Source: a virus. From it: 64,000 nt of DNA. The notes beneath the pieces are model-generated. The model was not told the origin of the DNA. It was given only the letters and a program-made list of their open reading frames with translations, and did not search any database. The stretch's first letter is position 1. Every line of letters starts with the position of its first letter. Where the stretch lies: the IMG/VR virus record IMGVR_UViG_3300009181_007093, one strand, 5' to 3'. The position numbers and the translations under genes are program-made. Below are positions 28,230 to 37,107 of the stretch, piece after piece.

Positions 28230-28784
28230 TTATGTTCTTGATAGGTCACTGAACTCATAATAAAAATTTACGTCGCCACTCATAGTCAAATTTGATATTG
28301 CACTATCTTCAATAGAAATAATAAAGCTTTCAGACGATGCATTCGGCACTCCATCTTGTACTAGTTCTATTTGAGCTACTTCCCCTTGTGCATTGTAGGA
28401 ACTCACAATTAGCGATACTGTACTACCAGAGTAGTTAAATAAAGTGGCAATATGAATTTTTGAGTTTGATGCTTTTGCTGGAAGAGTAGACAAATCAAAT
28501 GTGCAGTCTTTTTTTATTAGTGTTGGTATTCTATGAGTTTCAGCGATAAGCTCGATAATTTTTGGAAGCTTACCAATATACATGTCATGCACTTGTTTTG
28601 CTTTTTTGCCATAAAGTGTAAAAATTTCTCCATTTTTTAAAGGCTTTCCAACATGAGGAATATAAACGGCTTGATTGTTTAAAGATAAAAGAACTGTTTC
28701 TATTGAGTTTGTTAAAGGACTAGAATAAATATTTTGATAATCAATATTGTTTACTAAGAATGTGTATACAGGTGCTGGTGCCAT
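28230..28784 (-). CDS. Hypothetical protein
   Basis: ORF in an operon-like run. Confidence 0.65.
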   Translation of the reverse strand: MAPAPVYTFLVNNIDYQNIYSSPLTNSIETVLLSLNNQAVYIPHVGKPLKNGEIFTLYGKKAKQVHDMYIGKLPKIIELIAETHRIPTLIKKDCTFDLSTLPAKASNSKIHIATLFNYSGSTVSLIVSSYNAQGEVAQIELVQDGVPNASSESFIISIEDSAISNLTMSGDVNFYYEFSDLSRT

Positions 28785-28794
28785 TTTTTTGCCT

Positions 28795-29403
28795 TTATTT
28801 TAGGTTGTCGTTATCTAGTTCAACAACGTAATACATTTCCCCTAAAAAGTGTTCCCAAGATTTTACTCGAACAGCACTAGAAAGAGGATTTAATTTGGGT
28901 TTTATTGGCTTTTTTAATAGTGACATTTTTGCTTCTTTTGGTGTTCTGCCCGCTTTCTTCAAATTGCATTTCACGCAAGCAGCTACTACGTTTTCCCAGG
29001 TTGTCAGTCCTCCTTGGCATTTTGGAATCAAGTGGTCTAATGTAAGGTCAATCTTTGACGCACAGTATTGACACTGATTATTATCTCTCAAGAATATAGT
29101 TCTTCTGTTATAGTGAACTTTTCTAGATGGTATTTTATCATATTTAGTAAACTGTATTATTTCTGGTATTTTGAATGTATTGTTTACAGTTTGAATAAAA
29201 TTTTTATTTTCGTCCGGACGAATTTTTGACCAATCCGACCAATTAAAAGATTGAAAATCATCTACACAATCAATTATTTTTGCTTTGGGAGTTCCATCTT
29301 TATAAAAAGAGCAAACTTTTGTTATAGCAGATTCTAAAGTCGTAATGCCTACTGCTATCCAAGATCTGTTAAGAACTAAAACTTTTGAGCTATTACCTAA
29401 CAT
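28795..29403 (-). CDS. McrA-like HNH endonuclease
   Basis: VLVLNRSW, RDNNQCQYC, TLDHLIP..GG.TTWENVVAACVKCN.KK. Confidence 0.9.
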   Translation of the reverse strand: MLGNSSKVLVLNRSWIAVGITTLESAITKVCSFYKDGTPKAKIIDCVDDFQSFNWSDWSKIRPDENKNFIQTVNNTFKIPEIIQFTKYDKIPSRKVHYNRRTIFLRDNNQCQYCASKIDLTLDHLIPKCQGGLTTWENVVAACVKCNLKKAGRTPKEAKMSLLKKPIKPKLNPLSSAVRVKSWEHFLGEMYYVVELDNDNLK

Positions 29404-29404
29404 T

Positions 29405-29770
29405 TTAGTTTGCCTTTGAGTTCAAATCATGATATTTGATCAAAAGTTCTCCTAAAACTTCCATTTTTCCTAACAATTCTTGAAATTCTTTTTGATCTAA
29501 GTTTTCTATTTTATTCATTTTAGAATGTAAAAATGTGCATAATGTATTATATTCTTTTTTAGTCTCTTCTATGTTAAAATTACCATTTTTTGCATTATCA
29601 TAATATGGCAACTTCACAGAAAAATGATCACGAGTTAAAAGTGCATATCCACCCTTTTTTTCAGCAGAAGATACTATTTTCTCTACCCCTGCTTGCCTTG
29701 CTTCAGCAAACGATATAAAATCCTTATTAACAGATTCGTTTATACCAGAAAGTTTTATCCAATCATTCAT
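29405..29770 (-). CDS. Hypothetical protein
   Basis: GAGG RBS; ORF. Confidence 0.7.
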   Translation of the reverse strand: MNDWIKLSGINESVNKDFISFAEARQAGVEKIVSSAEKKGGYALLTRDHFSVKLPYYDNAKNGNFNIEETKKEYNTLCTFLHSKMNKIENLDQKEFQELLGKMEVLGELLIKYHDLNSKAN

Positions 29771-29773
29771 ATT

Positions 29774-30130
29774 TTACCTCTTAATGTGTTTAATATTCCA
29801 AGTACCACCTTCGCCAGAATTTGTAGCAAAGTTTTTTTTAGTATTTTTAACCTTTGGTCCTTTTATATGTGTTATGTCCCAAAGTCCTTTTTCTCCTGAA
29901 TTTAATTTTTCGTTACTTTTTCCTGGGATGTGACTTATATCAAATGGACCTTCATCTTTTCCTTTATAAATTCTATCGTCAAGTGATAAGTAAAAAATTG
30001 CGTCCGCACTTCTCGTTAAATACCATTGAGGTGGGTAGAGACCTATTCCTCCATATCCTAAAGGATATAGACCTGTTTTAGCACCTGCATTGCTTCCTTC
30101 TGTAAGTAGCCATTCTTTAAAATTAATCAT
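29774..30130 (-). CDS. Hypothetical, likely virion protein (MINFKEWLLTE start; GLYP and (F/W)DI.HI repeats)
   Basis: ATG at 30130; internal repeats. Confidence 0.7.
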   Translation of the reverse strand: MINFKEWLLTEGSNAGAKTGLYPLGYGGIGLYPPQWYLTRSADAIFYLSLDDRIYKGKDEGPFDISHIPGKSNEKLNSGEKGLWDITHIKGPKVKNTKKNFATNSGEGGTWNIKHIKR

Positions 30131-30163
30131 ACAATATGTATGATTAATTAACAAATAAAAAAA

Positions 30164-30254
30164 GTGGGGACTTTGACTTGGCAGGAGTAATCCTGCCATG
30201 GATGTGCGGGTCAGGGCAAGTCACCGCACTTCCAAAAAAAGTCTAAGTCCCCAC
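30164..30254 (-). ncRNA. Unassigned GC-rich three-way-junction structure ending in a U-tract (structured 3' UTR/terminator or sRNA)
   Basis: Outer stem GTGGGGACTT.GACTT/AAGTC.AAGTCCCCAC enclosing hairpins TGGCAGGA-GTAA-TCCTGCCA and GTGCGG...CCGCAC. Confidence 0.55.
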
Positions 30255-30290
30255 CCTTGTGAACGAGTGAAAAAACGTAGAAAACACAAA

Positions 30291-30506
30291 TCAACGTGTT
30301 TCCGAAGCTGCAAAAAATTCCTTTGCTGCTTCCCAGAAATTACTACCATCGCTTTCTGGGCAACCTGCTTCTTCCCAAAGGTAATAGGCTTTTTCTCTTA
30401 TGACTTCATCTATTGACTTAGAACAGCATGAAGTTGTTTTTGAATCATCAGAAGAACAACATTTTTTTGCTGCACTAAGACTTACCGTACTGTTATTGAA
30501 CAACAT
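30291..30506 (-). CDS. DUF2934-domain protein
   Basis: IREKAYYLWEEAGCPESDGSNFWEAA. Confidence 0.8.
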   Translation of the reverse strand: MLFNNSTVSLSAAKKCCSSDDSKTTSCCSKSIDEVIREKAYYLWEEAGCPESDGSNFWEAAKEFFAASETR

Positions 30507-30577
30507 TAATATACCTTTCTATAAAATGAACTTGGACAACGAAACCGATTTTAACAAAAAAAAAAATTATGTCAATA

Positions 30578-30817
30578 TCAGCATCTAGATATTTTTGAAA
30601 TTAAATAGACAAAAGAGTTTAAGTACACTGCTTGCCAATACGATATTTTGTTTATTTGATTGTTAAAAACATTAGGTAAAAATAAGTTCCATAAAAACGC
30701 AATAGGGAAAGCAAAAATAATAATCAGTAAAAATGTAGACAAAACATTTGCTATCGCCTTTATTTCTTCGCTCTTATCTTCATCAGATTTTTTTCTACGA
30801 GGAGGTATGATTTCCAT
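30578..30817 (-). CDS. Small membrane protein
   Basis: FLWNLFLP...ISYWQA motif. Confidence 0.65.
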   Translation of the reverse strand: MEIIPPRRKKSDEDKSEEIKAIANVLSTFLLIIIFAFPIAFLWNLFLPNVFNNQINKISYWQAVYLNSFVYLISKISRC

Positions 30818-30945
30818 TATTTTTTTCCTAAAAAGTTTATTTTTTTCTCTTGATCATACGATGATTCATATTTTTTTGATATTATAAAAGCAAAAGCAAA
30901 AAGCATAATAACAAAAAAAACTAAATATCTAGATTTTTGGTTCAT
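30817..30945 (-). CDS. Small membrane protein (42 aa, not in the track)
   Basis: MNQKSRYLVFFVIMLFAFAFII...; TAATG coupling to the next gene. Confidence 0.5.
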   Translation of the reverse strand: MNQKSRYLVFFVIMLFAFAFIISKKYESSYDQEKKINFLGKK

Positions 30946-30980
30946 TTTTAAACTACTAAGACTCTATGAACAGAAAAAGA

Positions 30981-31013
30981 CGAAATACCCGATTATTACA
31001 ATCGGGTATTTCG
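30981..31013 (-). terminator. Rho-independent terminator
   Basis: 14-bp stem CGAAATACCCGATT/AATCGGGTATTTCG plus T-tract. Confidence 0.8.
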
Positions 31014-31030
31014 CCAATTTTATTTATAAA

Positions 31031-31474
31031 TTACCGATTGAATAATTTTTTTCTATAATCGACTTCTATTGTTCCGTTCCTTCTAGCAGTAATGGCAATA
31101 GAGTGTGTGCCGTAATCATGAACAACTCTTTTCCCATCTCTGGTAGTAGATGTCTCTTCCTTGCATGCACAAGGAGGAGCACAAACAGGAACTGAAACAG
31201 ATTTGGTGCAACAGTTGTCACAAAAAGAAATATCTATGTTCTTCGAAATAGCACAAGGAGCAATATTCCTTTTTCTATGATAGATAATCTTATTTGCATC
31301 AGCATCCTGAGCATCAGTAACCTCCTGAACCTTCAGGACACTCCTAATTGGTGTCTGAGGATCAGCAAGCGTCGGAGTGGCAGTAGCATCCGCAAGTGTC
31401 GGAGTATCAGCTATAGCCAAAGAACCCTGAGCAATAAGCAACAACAAAATAAAACTGAAAATCAACTTCATCAA
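31031..31474 (-). CDS. Secreted Cys-rich protein resembling a planctomycete family
   Basis: Signal peptide; RNIAPCA...VCAPPCAC...RDGKRVVHDYG...EVDY; AAGGAG RBS and TTGACA-16-TATAAT promoter. Confidence 0.7.
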   Translation of the reverse strand: MMKLIFSFILLLLIAQGSLAIADTPTLADATATPTLADPQTPIRSVLKVQEVTDAQDADANKIIYHRKRNIAPCAISKNIDISFCDNCCTKSVSVPVCAPPCACKEETSTTRDGKRVVHDYGTHSIAITARRNGTIEVDYRKKLFNR

Positions 31475-31565
31475 AAACTCCTTTCAAAAGTTTATAAAAA
31501 CAAATGCGGTCGTTGTGACCGCTAAACGAAATTATAGCAAAAAAAAAGCTACTGTCAATAGAGAA

Positions 31566-32345
31566 TCAGTTTCCTTCTACATATGTTGTATTTTCATACC
31601 AATAACCACAAGAATTTTCTGGCATGTATTCTTTTTGCGTGATAACTATTATCTCCGTATCACATTTCATTTTGTTTTTAATGGCAGAAGCTAAAGATGC
31701 CTGTCCTGAGTGTGTCGTAATAAATTTTTTACATGAACACAAAACATCAGAATAATACTCTAAGTTTGTTATATCTAAAGAATCAAATTTTACACTTTTA
31801 ATTCGATTTATATTTCTCCAGCCACTTGTTCCCTTTATATGATATGGCTTTAAATTAGAATGAGTAATATTAATTGTGTTGTTAAAATCTAATTTTTGAT
31901 TTTCTATAACTTCATTTACAATGTCTATTTTATATTTATCAGACGTAGTATAGGCACTTAAATCAATAAAAACTTTATCTTTTAATTCTTTTATATAGTT
32001 TGGGTTGTAATAAATTTTAGGATAGTGATAAACTGGCTCTAGTCCGTATGCACACTGTGTTGCCTCTATTATGTTTCTTCTCTTATTGCCTTCTTTCAAG
32101 AAGCAGTTTGGAGTGAAAAGATTTTTTAACCAATCAATTGGAGAATCTTCTTTTTCACCTTTTAAAAAAGAATTTCTTTCCCATAAAAAACTTTTAATTC
32201 CCTCGTTTCTATATGCATTATGTTTCGACAAGTAACAATTTATTCCATGGGAATTGCAAAGCTCAGGAATCATACTGATCGATAAATTATCTCCAAGACC
32301 ACCATAGATTTGAAATAAAACTATGTCTTTTACTGATTGAGTCAT
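31566..32345 (-). CDS. Putative glycosyltransferase-like protein
   Basis: N-terminal YGGLGDNL and C-terminal FITTHSG..SLA resemble GT9/GT11-type motifs. Confidence 0.5.
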   Translation of the reverse strand: MTQSVKDIVLFQIYGGLGDNLSISMIPELCNSHGINCYLSKHNAYRNEGIKSFLWERNSFLKGEKEDSPIDWLKNLFTPNCFLKEGNKRRNIIEATQCAYGLEPVYHYPKIYYNPNYIKELKDKVFIDLSAYTTSDKYKIDIVNEVIENQKLDFNNTINITHSNLKPYHIKGTSGWRNINRIKSVKFDSLDITNLEYYSDVLCSCKKFITTHSGQASLASAIKNKMKCDTEIIVITQKEYMPENSCGYWYENTTYVEGN

Positions 32346-32602
32346 GTAGAACTGTTGTGCTTCTTTAAAATTTTCTTTGCTTTTTCCAACAAGCCAGAAT
32401 TATCCAGATCCTTGCACTGGCTACAAACTTCGCTGGGTAGTGCAAGCGGAGGTTCTGGAAAAGCTTCTGTGGGAACTCCACAATGAATACAGTAATAGTA
32501 ATACGGAGATCCTGCATGGAGACCGTTATTGTCGACTTTTTTTATATTCTCTCCGTAAAAATATCTGCGAACAAACTGGTCAAAAACCTTTATGTTTTCC
32601 AT
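32342..32602 (-). CDS. Zinc-finger hypothetical protein
   Basis: AGSPYYYYCIHC...CSQC. Confidence 0.65.
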   Translation of the reverse strand: MENIKVFDQFVRRYFYGENIKKVDNNGLHAGSPYYYYCIHCGVPTEAFPEPPLALPSEVCSQCKDLDNSGLLEKAKKILKKHNSST

Positions 32603-32841
32603 TTCTCTTTTTCTTTATCTAAATTTTTGAAATTTTTAAGCACTTCATAGATTAGTTTTACTCCTGAAGAACCTAAATTGTCTATTTTAGATATTTCTGC
32701 TTCACTGACCGCAAGTAGATCTTTTATATAAATTAATTTATATTTAGATTCCTCTAAAGCGTTTATAATTCGTAGAGGCAATCCGATATACTCTAATTCA
32801 GCAATTGGTACATCTGAATCACTTTTTCTAATTTTTGACAT
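32590..32841 (-). CDS. Stand-alone RNA polymerase alpha-subunit C-terminal domain
   Basis: IAELE..GLPLRIINALE...IKDLL..SEAEISKIDNLG...V..I. Confidence 0.75.
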   Translation of the reverse strand: MSKIRKSDSDVPIAELEYIGLPLRIINALEESKYKLIYIKDLLAVSEAEISKIDNLGSSGVKLIYEVLKNFKNLDKEKEKWKT

Positions 32842-32855
32842 ATCAGCACCATGAA

Positions 32856-33173
32856 CTATTGGTGTAAAACATTTCTTTTTATGCCAATTGCCCTCGACAA
32901 TTTTTGAGCTTTAACAGCATAAAAATTCTGTGGTGTATTCTCTTCTTCCATTTTATTCATGTGAGAAGAAATGTTTTCCCATTGCTTATCGTCTAATTGG
33001 TCTACAAGGTGAACCATAGAGTTAGAAAGTTTATATGCCAAAGCAATAAGCTGTTTGTCAGCAGTTCCAGATTTAAGAATTAAATCACCTAGTCTAACTG
33101 CAACATTTACTTCGATGCTGATATTACAACGCAAGTCAACTTCAAACGGGCTTTCAAAAGAATTTTCAATCAT
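32856..33173 (-). CDS. Hypothetical protein
   Basis: GGAG RBS before MIENS. Confidence 0.65.
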   Translation of the reverse strand: MIENSFESPFEVDLRCNISIEVNVAVRLGDLILKSGTADKQLIALAYKLSNSMVHLVDQLDDKQWENISSHMNKMEEENTPQNFYAVKAQKLSRAIGIKRNVLHQ

Positions 33174-33248
33174 ATTATATATCTCCAAGGTAGCAACAAA
33201 ACACAAAACACAAAACACAATTCAATTTTCTGTCGTATAAGAACTGAT

Positions 33249-33833
33249 TTAACCAACATTTTGTTGGCGGATTAATTTTATTTCCCTTCTCATCTTATCG
33301 TACAAAGCCATTCTAGTCTTTTTATTTTTTTTTGCAAGGAAGGCAATAGTTTTTCCTTTAATGTAAAAATCTTTAAGTATTTTTTTATCCTTTATGTTCT
33401 GTTTGGTATCGCAGCAATTGTCTTCTAGAAGCTTAGACAGCAAGGTACAGTCGGACAAGTGGGCTGGTAATTTTTCTTGGTTTTTGTAACTTTTGTCCTC
33501 AATATCAGGAACACCATATGCGGAAAGCGTTTCCATGCTAACAGTATTTTTTGAAAAACGCTTTTTTCTTTTTATGTATCTTAAGTATTGTATTGCTTTG
33601 TTGAACAAGTGATTTGATGCATATTTGTTAAAAAGGCCTAAATTTGGATTATATTTTCCGATGCACAGTAGCAGCTCATGACAAAGTACACTAAAAATCT
33701 CAGAATCTTTTACTTCCTCTTTTGTATTTTTAAATTTAATAGATATTGCGGTAACCAAATACATATAATCTGCCACAACTGGTTTCTCTGTGGCATGCTT
33801 TTTTGGAAGAAATTTTTTATTTTGACTACTCAT
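33249..33833 (-). CDS. Divergent sigma-70-family factor (regions 2 and 4)
   Basis: KYNPNLGLFNKYA...AIQYLR; C-terminal HTH ILKDFYIKGKTIAFLA. Confidence 0.65.
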   Translation of the reverse strand: MSSQNKKFLPKKHATEKPVVADYMYLVTAISIKFKNTKEEVKDSEIFSVLCHELLLCIGKYNPNLGLFNKYASNHLFNKAIQYLRYIKRKKRFSKNTVSMETLSAYGVPDIEDKSYKNQEKLPAHLSDCTLLSKLLEDNCCDTKQNIKDKKILKDFYIKGKTIAFLAKKNKKTRMALYDKMRREIKLIRQQNVG

Positions 33834-34566
33834 TGATTAGCTTTTTTTCCATGTGGAACTTAATATCATTAAAACTCCACGGTGTTCCAAATGGAACTTC
33901 CTCTCTTATATTATCCACTCCAACATCTAACGTAAGATTATTCTTCAAAAACAAAGTTTGCATTGATTTAACAAAAATATCAACTTTTTCTGGTTCTACT
34001 TTGAATTCTGTTAAATCTTCTATCCTGCTCTTAATAGTTTCTTTTTCTTCCAAGCTGAGGACGCAATCATCTTGTTGTTTTAATTTGTTATGTACGTGTC
34101 CATACAACATCCAAGAACCATAATTTGAACTAGGCCAAGATCTACAAGGATAGTGACTCGTAAAAATATTTTGCTTTTCTATATAAAAAACATGGTGGTC
34201 ATAAATAGCTTTAAAAAAAGAAGATAGAACTTTTCTATTATCATGGTTTCCGAAAATAAGATATATATTCTTGCAATTTATCCTGTCAAAGAAGTCTGCG
34301 ACGTCTTTTTTTGTTGTGCTGCTCCAACAAAAATCCCCTAAAATAACTAAATTATCGTCAGAAGCAACGGTGTTGTTTGTTGATTCAATTATGCAGTTGT
34401 TCATCTTTTTAACTGCGTCTTGATCTATTGTAACGCTCTTTAACGATATACACCCTTTTTTAGCAAGAGAAATAGTTGCTTTTTCGTATTCTGTAAGAAA
34501 AGGTCGATTGCAATACTTTATTATGTTTATATGGTTAAGATGCCAATCGGCTGTAAAATGCCACAT
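33826..34566 (-). CDS. Calcineurin-like metallophosphoesterase
   Basis: ADWH, LGD, GNHD, SHYP, GHVH, DVGVD. Confidence 0.9.
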   Translation of the reverse strand: MWHFTADWHLNHINIIKYCNRPFLTEYEKATISLAKKGCISLKSVTIDQDAVKKMNNCIIESTNNTVASDDNLVILGDFCWSSTTKKDVADFFDRINCKNIYLIFGNHDNRKVLSSFFKAIYDHHVFYIEKQNIFTSHYPCRSWPSSNYGSWMLYGHVHNKLKQQDDCVLSLEEKETIKSRIEDLTEFKVEPEKVDIFVKSMQTLFLKNNLTLDVGVDNIREEVPFGTPWSFNDIKFHMEKKLINE

Positions 34567-34630
34567 TTATAGTCTGTTCAAAAGTTATTGAATTGCAAAC
34601 AAACCCAGTTAATCAAAGGTTTGCTACTTC

Positions 34631-34659
34631 ATTATACCATGAATTACCACTATTGTCAA
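34631..34659 (-). promoter_or_regulatory. Consensus sigma-70 promoter TTGACA-17-TATAAT with extended -10 TG
   Basis: Perfect consensus upstream of the phosphoesterase/sigma genes. Confidence 0.75.
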
Positions 34660-34671
34660 ATAGCAACCCGA

Positions 34672-35325
34672 TTATCCGCACAAATATGGTATTTTAGTGG
34701 GCTTTTCGACAAACTTTGGCATACGGAGTACAGAATTAATCTCTGTTTTGTCGGAGTTTTTGAACTCTTCATGCCATCCATGTTTTGCAATACAAACAGT
34801 TGGGATAGGAAGATTTCCAACAAAATGGGTGAATCCAAGCATGAAACGGATAACAGCAGCTTTTGTATCTCTTAGATGAAAATTTTCTTTAAATTCTTCT
34901 CCAAATAAAGATTCTTCAAAATTATCATGATCATGAGAATAGTTTATTGTTGATCTAACTAATAATGTTAGCAATGATTTTTTTATAGGACAGTCTAACC
35001 AGAAATTAGATGGTTCTATCCACAAAACGCTTGAGTGAGACGTTTTCGCAAAGTTAGAATTTTTAAACTTATTTACATGACTACAAAGAATAACGTCTTC
35101 AAATTTTTTTAAAAAGTTCGCCACTGAGGCTTCTTTTTTAACTTCATGACAAAAGAAAAACCCTTTTGATTTATTATTTTTGTAATCAAATTTAGCAGAA
35201 AATTGTTCTCTACAATAGTCCCATTGTAAAGAACAATTTTCTTTATCTTCTAATGCAAAGCTTCCAATAATAGGCGTACTGTAATGCGATTTATATTGCT
35301 TGAAATCAAATTTTTGGCGAATCAT
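34672..35325 (-). CDS. Hypothetical protein (paralog of 60432-61040)
   Basis: Shared GSFA, W.YCR..F, WI.PS..W, SL.T.L.R, AV.RF..G.T, GW.E.F. Confidence 0.75.
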   Translation of the reverse strand: MIRQKFDFKQYKSHYSTPIIGSFALEDKENCSLQWDYCREQFSAKFDYKNNKSKGFFFCHEVKKEASVANFLKKFEDVILCSHVNKFKNSNFAKTSHSSVLWIEPSNFWLDCPIKKSLLTLLVRSTINYSHDHDNFEESLFGEEFKENFHLRDTKAAVIRFMLGFTHFVGNLPIPTVCIAKHGWHEEFKNSDKTEINSVLRMPKFVEKPTKIPYLCG

Positions 35326-35331
35326 ATATTA

Positions 35332-35520
35332 TCAAATATTTTTAAATCTAATCCATTTTGAGTCTTCTTCAGACCAAACAATAGGAAATCCTTTTGGTAT
35401 AGTGTCTAAAATATCAAAAAGTTCTGTTTCTGTTTTTGAACGCTCAACAGATCTTTGAAAAATTAAAGGATGAACAGAAGCATATCTTTCTTTCAATTTG
35501 TTTATAATTTTTTCGTCCAT
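35332..35520 (-). CDS. Hypothetical protein
   Basis: VHPLIFQRSVER...ELFDILD. Confidence 0.65.
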   Translation of the reverse strand: MDEKIINKLKERYASVHPLIFQRSVERSKTETELFDILDTIPKGFPIVWSEEDSKWIRFKNI

Positions 35521-35528
35521 CGATGCTC

Positions 35529-35783
35529 TTAAAGTTTTTGTAAGCAGGATCTTCTCCAAATATAACAGAACAAAACTCCACCCAATACAGACATAATAAG
35601 TCCTGCTGGTTTAAATTGTGATCCGCCTGATATCATATAATTAACAAGTCCTCCTATAAAAGAACCTGCAACGCCTATTAAGAGCGTTGGCAAAAAACCT
35701 ACAGGCTCATTGCCTGGATGTGTAAATTTTGCTATCGCCCCAACTAACAATCCAAAAACCACCCAACACAATAACGCAATCAT
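35529..35783 (-). CDS. GlsB/YeaQ/YmgE (transglycosylase-associated) membrane protein
   Basis: WVVFGLLVGAIAK..HPG...LIGVAGSFIGG...IMSVLGG. Confidence 0.88.
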   Translation of the reverse strand: MIALLCWVVFGLLVGAIAKFTHPGNEPVGFLPTLLIGVAGSFIGGLVNYMISGGSQFKPAGLIMSVLGGVLFCYIWRRSCLQKL

Positions 35784-36688
35784 TTTGTCCTCCATTTTGG
35801 TGAAACTATTTCATAATATATATCAGGCACCTTATTCATATTTATTTCTCGGAATAAATCGGCTCTATATAAAGTGTGCTTATCTTCAAACTCTTTTAAA
35901 TTTTTAAATCCATATACCGCCTGTAATGCTGATTCTGCCGAATTTTTTTCTACAATCTTCAAGAATCCATGCAGCTTAACTTCGCCAAATTCTTTTCTAA
36001 GAAAAAGACAAAGCACTAAAGAACACTCATCAAACTCTTTCTTTTTATCTGCACTAAAAGCTTGATAATCATCATGCGATGTTTTAAAAACTTCTTCACA
36101 ACTAAAGAATACTTTGTTTAAAGAAGCTTCTCTCATGATTTTTTCTATATCGCCCATAGATGAGTTCATAATGCCAGCAGAATTTACAAACCACCAAGGA
36201 GTAGCAAATCCATTTTGCTCATCAAACTCTGCAAAACTTGCCATTGTTAACAAGCCCGTAATTTCGCTGAACCCATCGTTGTTTAATACCATCCAAATTA
36301 CTGATATCTCTAATTCTCCATCTTTTTTCCTAACCTCTATTTTTGAACTATCTAAGCCAAAAAGTTTTTTTAGTAAACTATGATTTGGAACACAGAATAC
36401 ACGGCATTCTTTTGAAAATTTTGTTTTTGGAAAGCCCCATCTAGAAGTACACCAATAATTATATAATTCTATTCGATCTGAAAGAAGAATTCCTTGTTTG
36501 TTGTCTATGCTTAAGATAACAAAGTTGTTGTTAGCGTAACGATTCCATTCTAAAGACTTTAATTCTGGGTCGTCTTTCAAATTATCTTGTTTAAAGTCAA
36601 CAGGATAAGTAATTTCGCTTCCTGTTAAATTGTTGCAAGCAATTAAATAAATGAACATTCCAAATATAATGATTATAGTTTTCAGCAT
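35780..36688 (-). CDS. Hypothetical exported protein
   Basis: N-terminal signal/lipobox-like LIAC; TTGACA-17-TATAAT promoter at 36734-36762. Confidence 0.7.
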   Translation of the reverse strand: MLKTIIIIFGMFIYLIACNNLTGSEITYPVDFKQDNLKDDPELKSLEWNRYANNNFVILSIDNKQGILLSDRIELYNYWCTSRWGFPKTKFSKECRVFCVPNHSLLKKLFGLDSSKIEVRKKDGELEISVIWMVLNNDGFSEITGLLTMASFAEFDEQNGFATPWWFVNSAGIMNSSMGDIEKIMREASLNKVFFSCEEVFKTSHDDYQAFSADKKKEFDECSLVLCLFLRKEFGEVKLHGFLKIVEKNSAESALQAVYGFKNLKEFEDKHTLYRADLFREINMNKVPDIYYEIVSPKWRTK

Positions 36689-36773
36689 AGTTTAGTGCCT
36701 TAAATAGGGTTTTCCGAATTTTTACAAGTTATTATTATAACAGTAATAACAACTATTGTCAACGATCATTGGC

Positions 36774-37025
36774 TCACAAGTCTTTTAGACCTTTGGATTC
36801 TTCATGAATTCTTCTAGACGTTTCTTTTAATTCTTCTTCGTATTTTTTATCCCAAGGTATTTCTTTTTTTTCATTCAAACTAATATTCTTATTATTTTTT
36901 ACTTCATAATCATAGTTTTTCTTATAGGATCTTACAATAAAAACACCTATAAAAAAAGTAAAAATAATGTTCAAAAAAGACACAACAAAAATACTGCCTA
37001 AAATAAAATATAGAAGAATATTCAT
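36774..37025 (-). CDS. Hypothetical membrane protein
   Basis: Long hydrophobic N-terminus. Confidence 0.6.
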   Translation of the reverse strand: MNILLYFILGSIFVVSFLNIIFTFFIGVFIVRSYKKNYDYEVKNNKNISLNEKKEIPWDKKYEEELKETSRRIHEESKGLKDL

Positions 37026-37107
37026 TAAAATGCCTGTAATTGTTAAATTTCCATCATAATAGTTATTGGTAATAATCCTAGCATATATGAAACTATTTGT
37101 CAAAATT

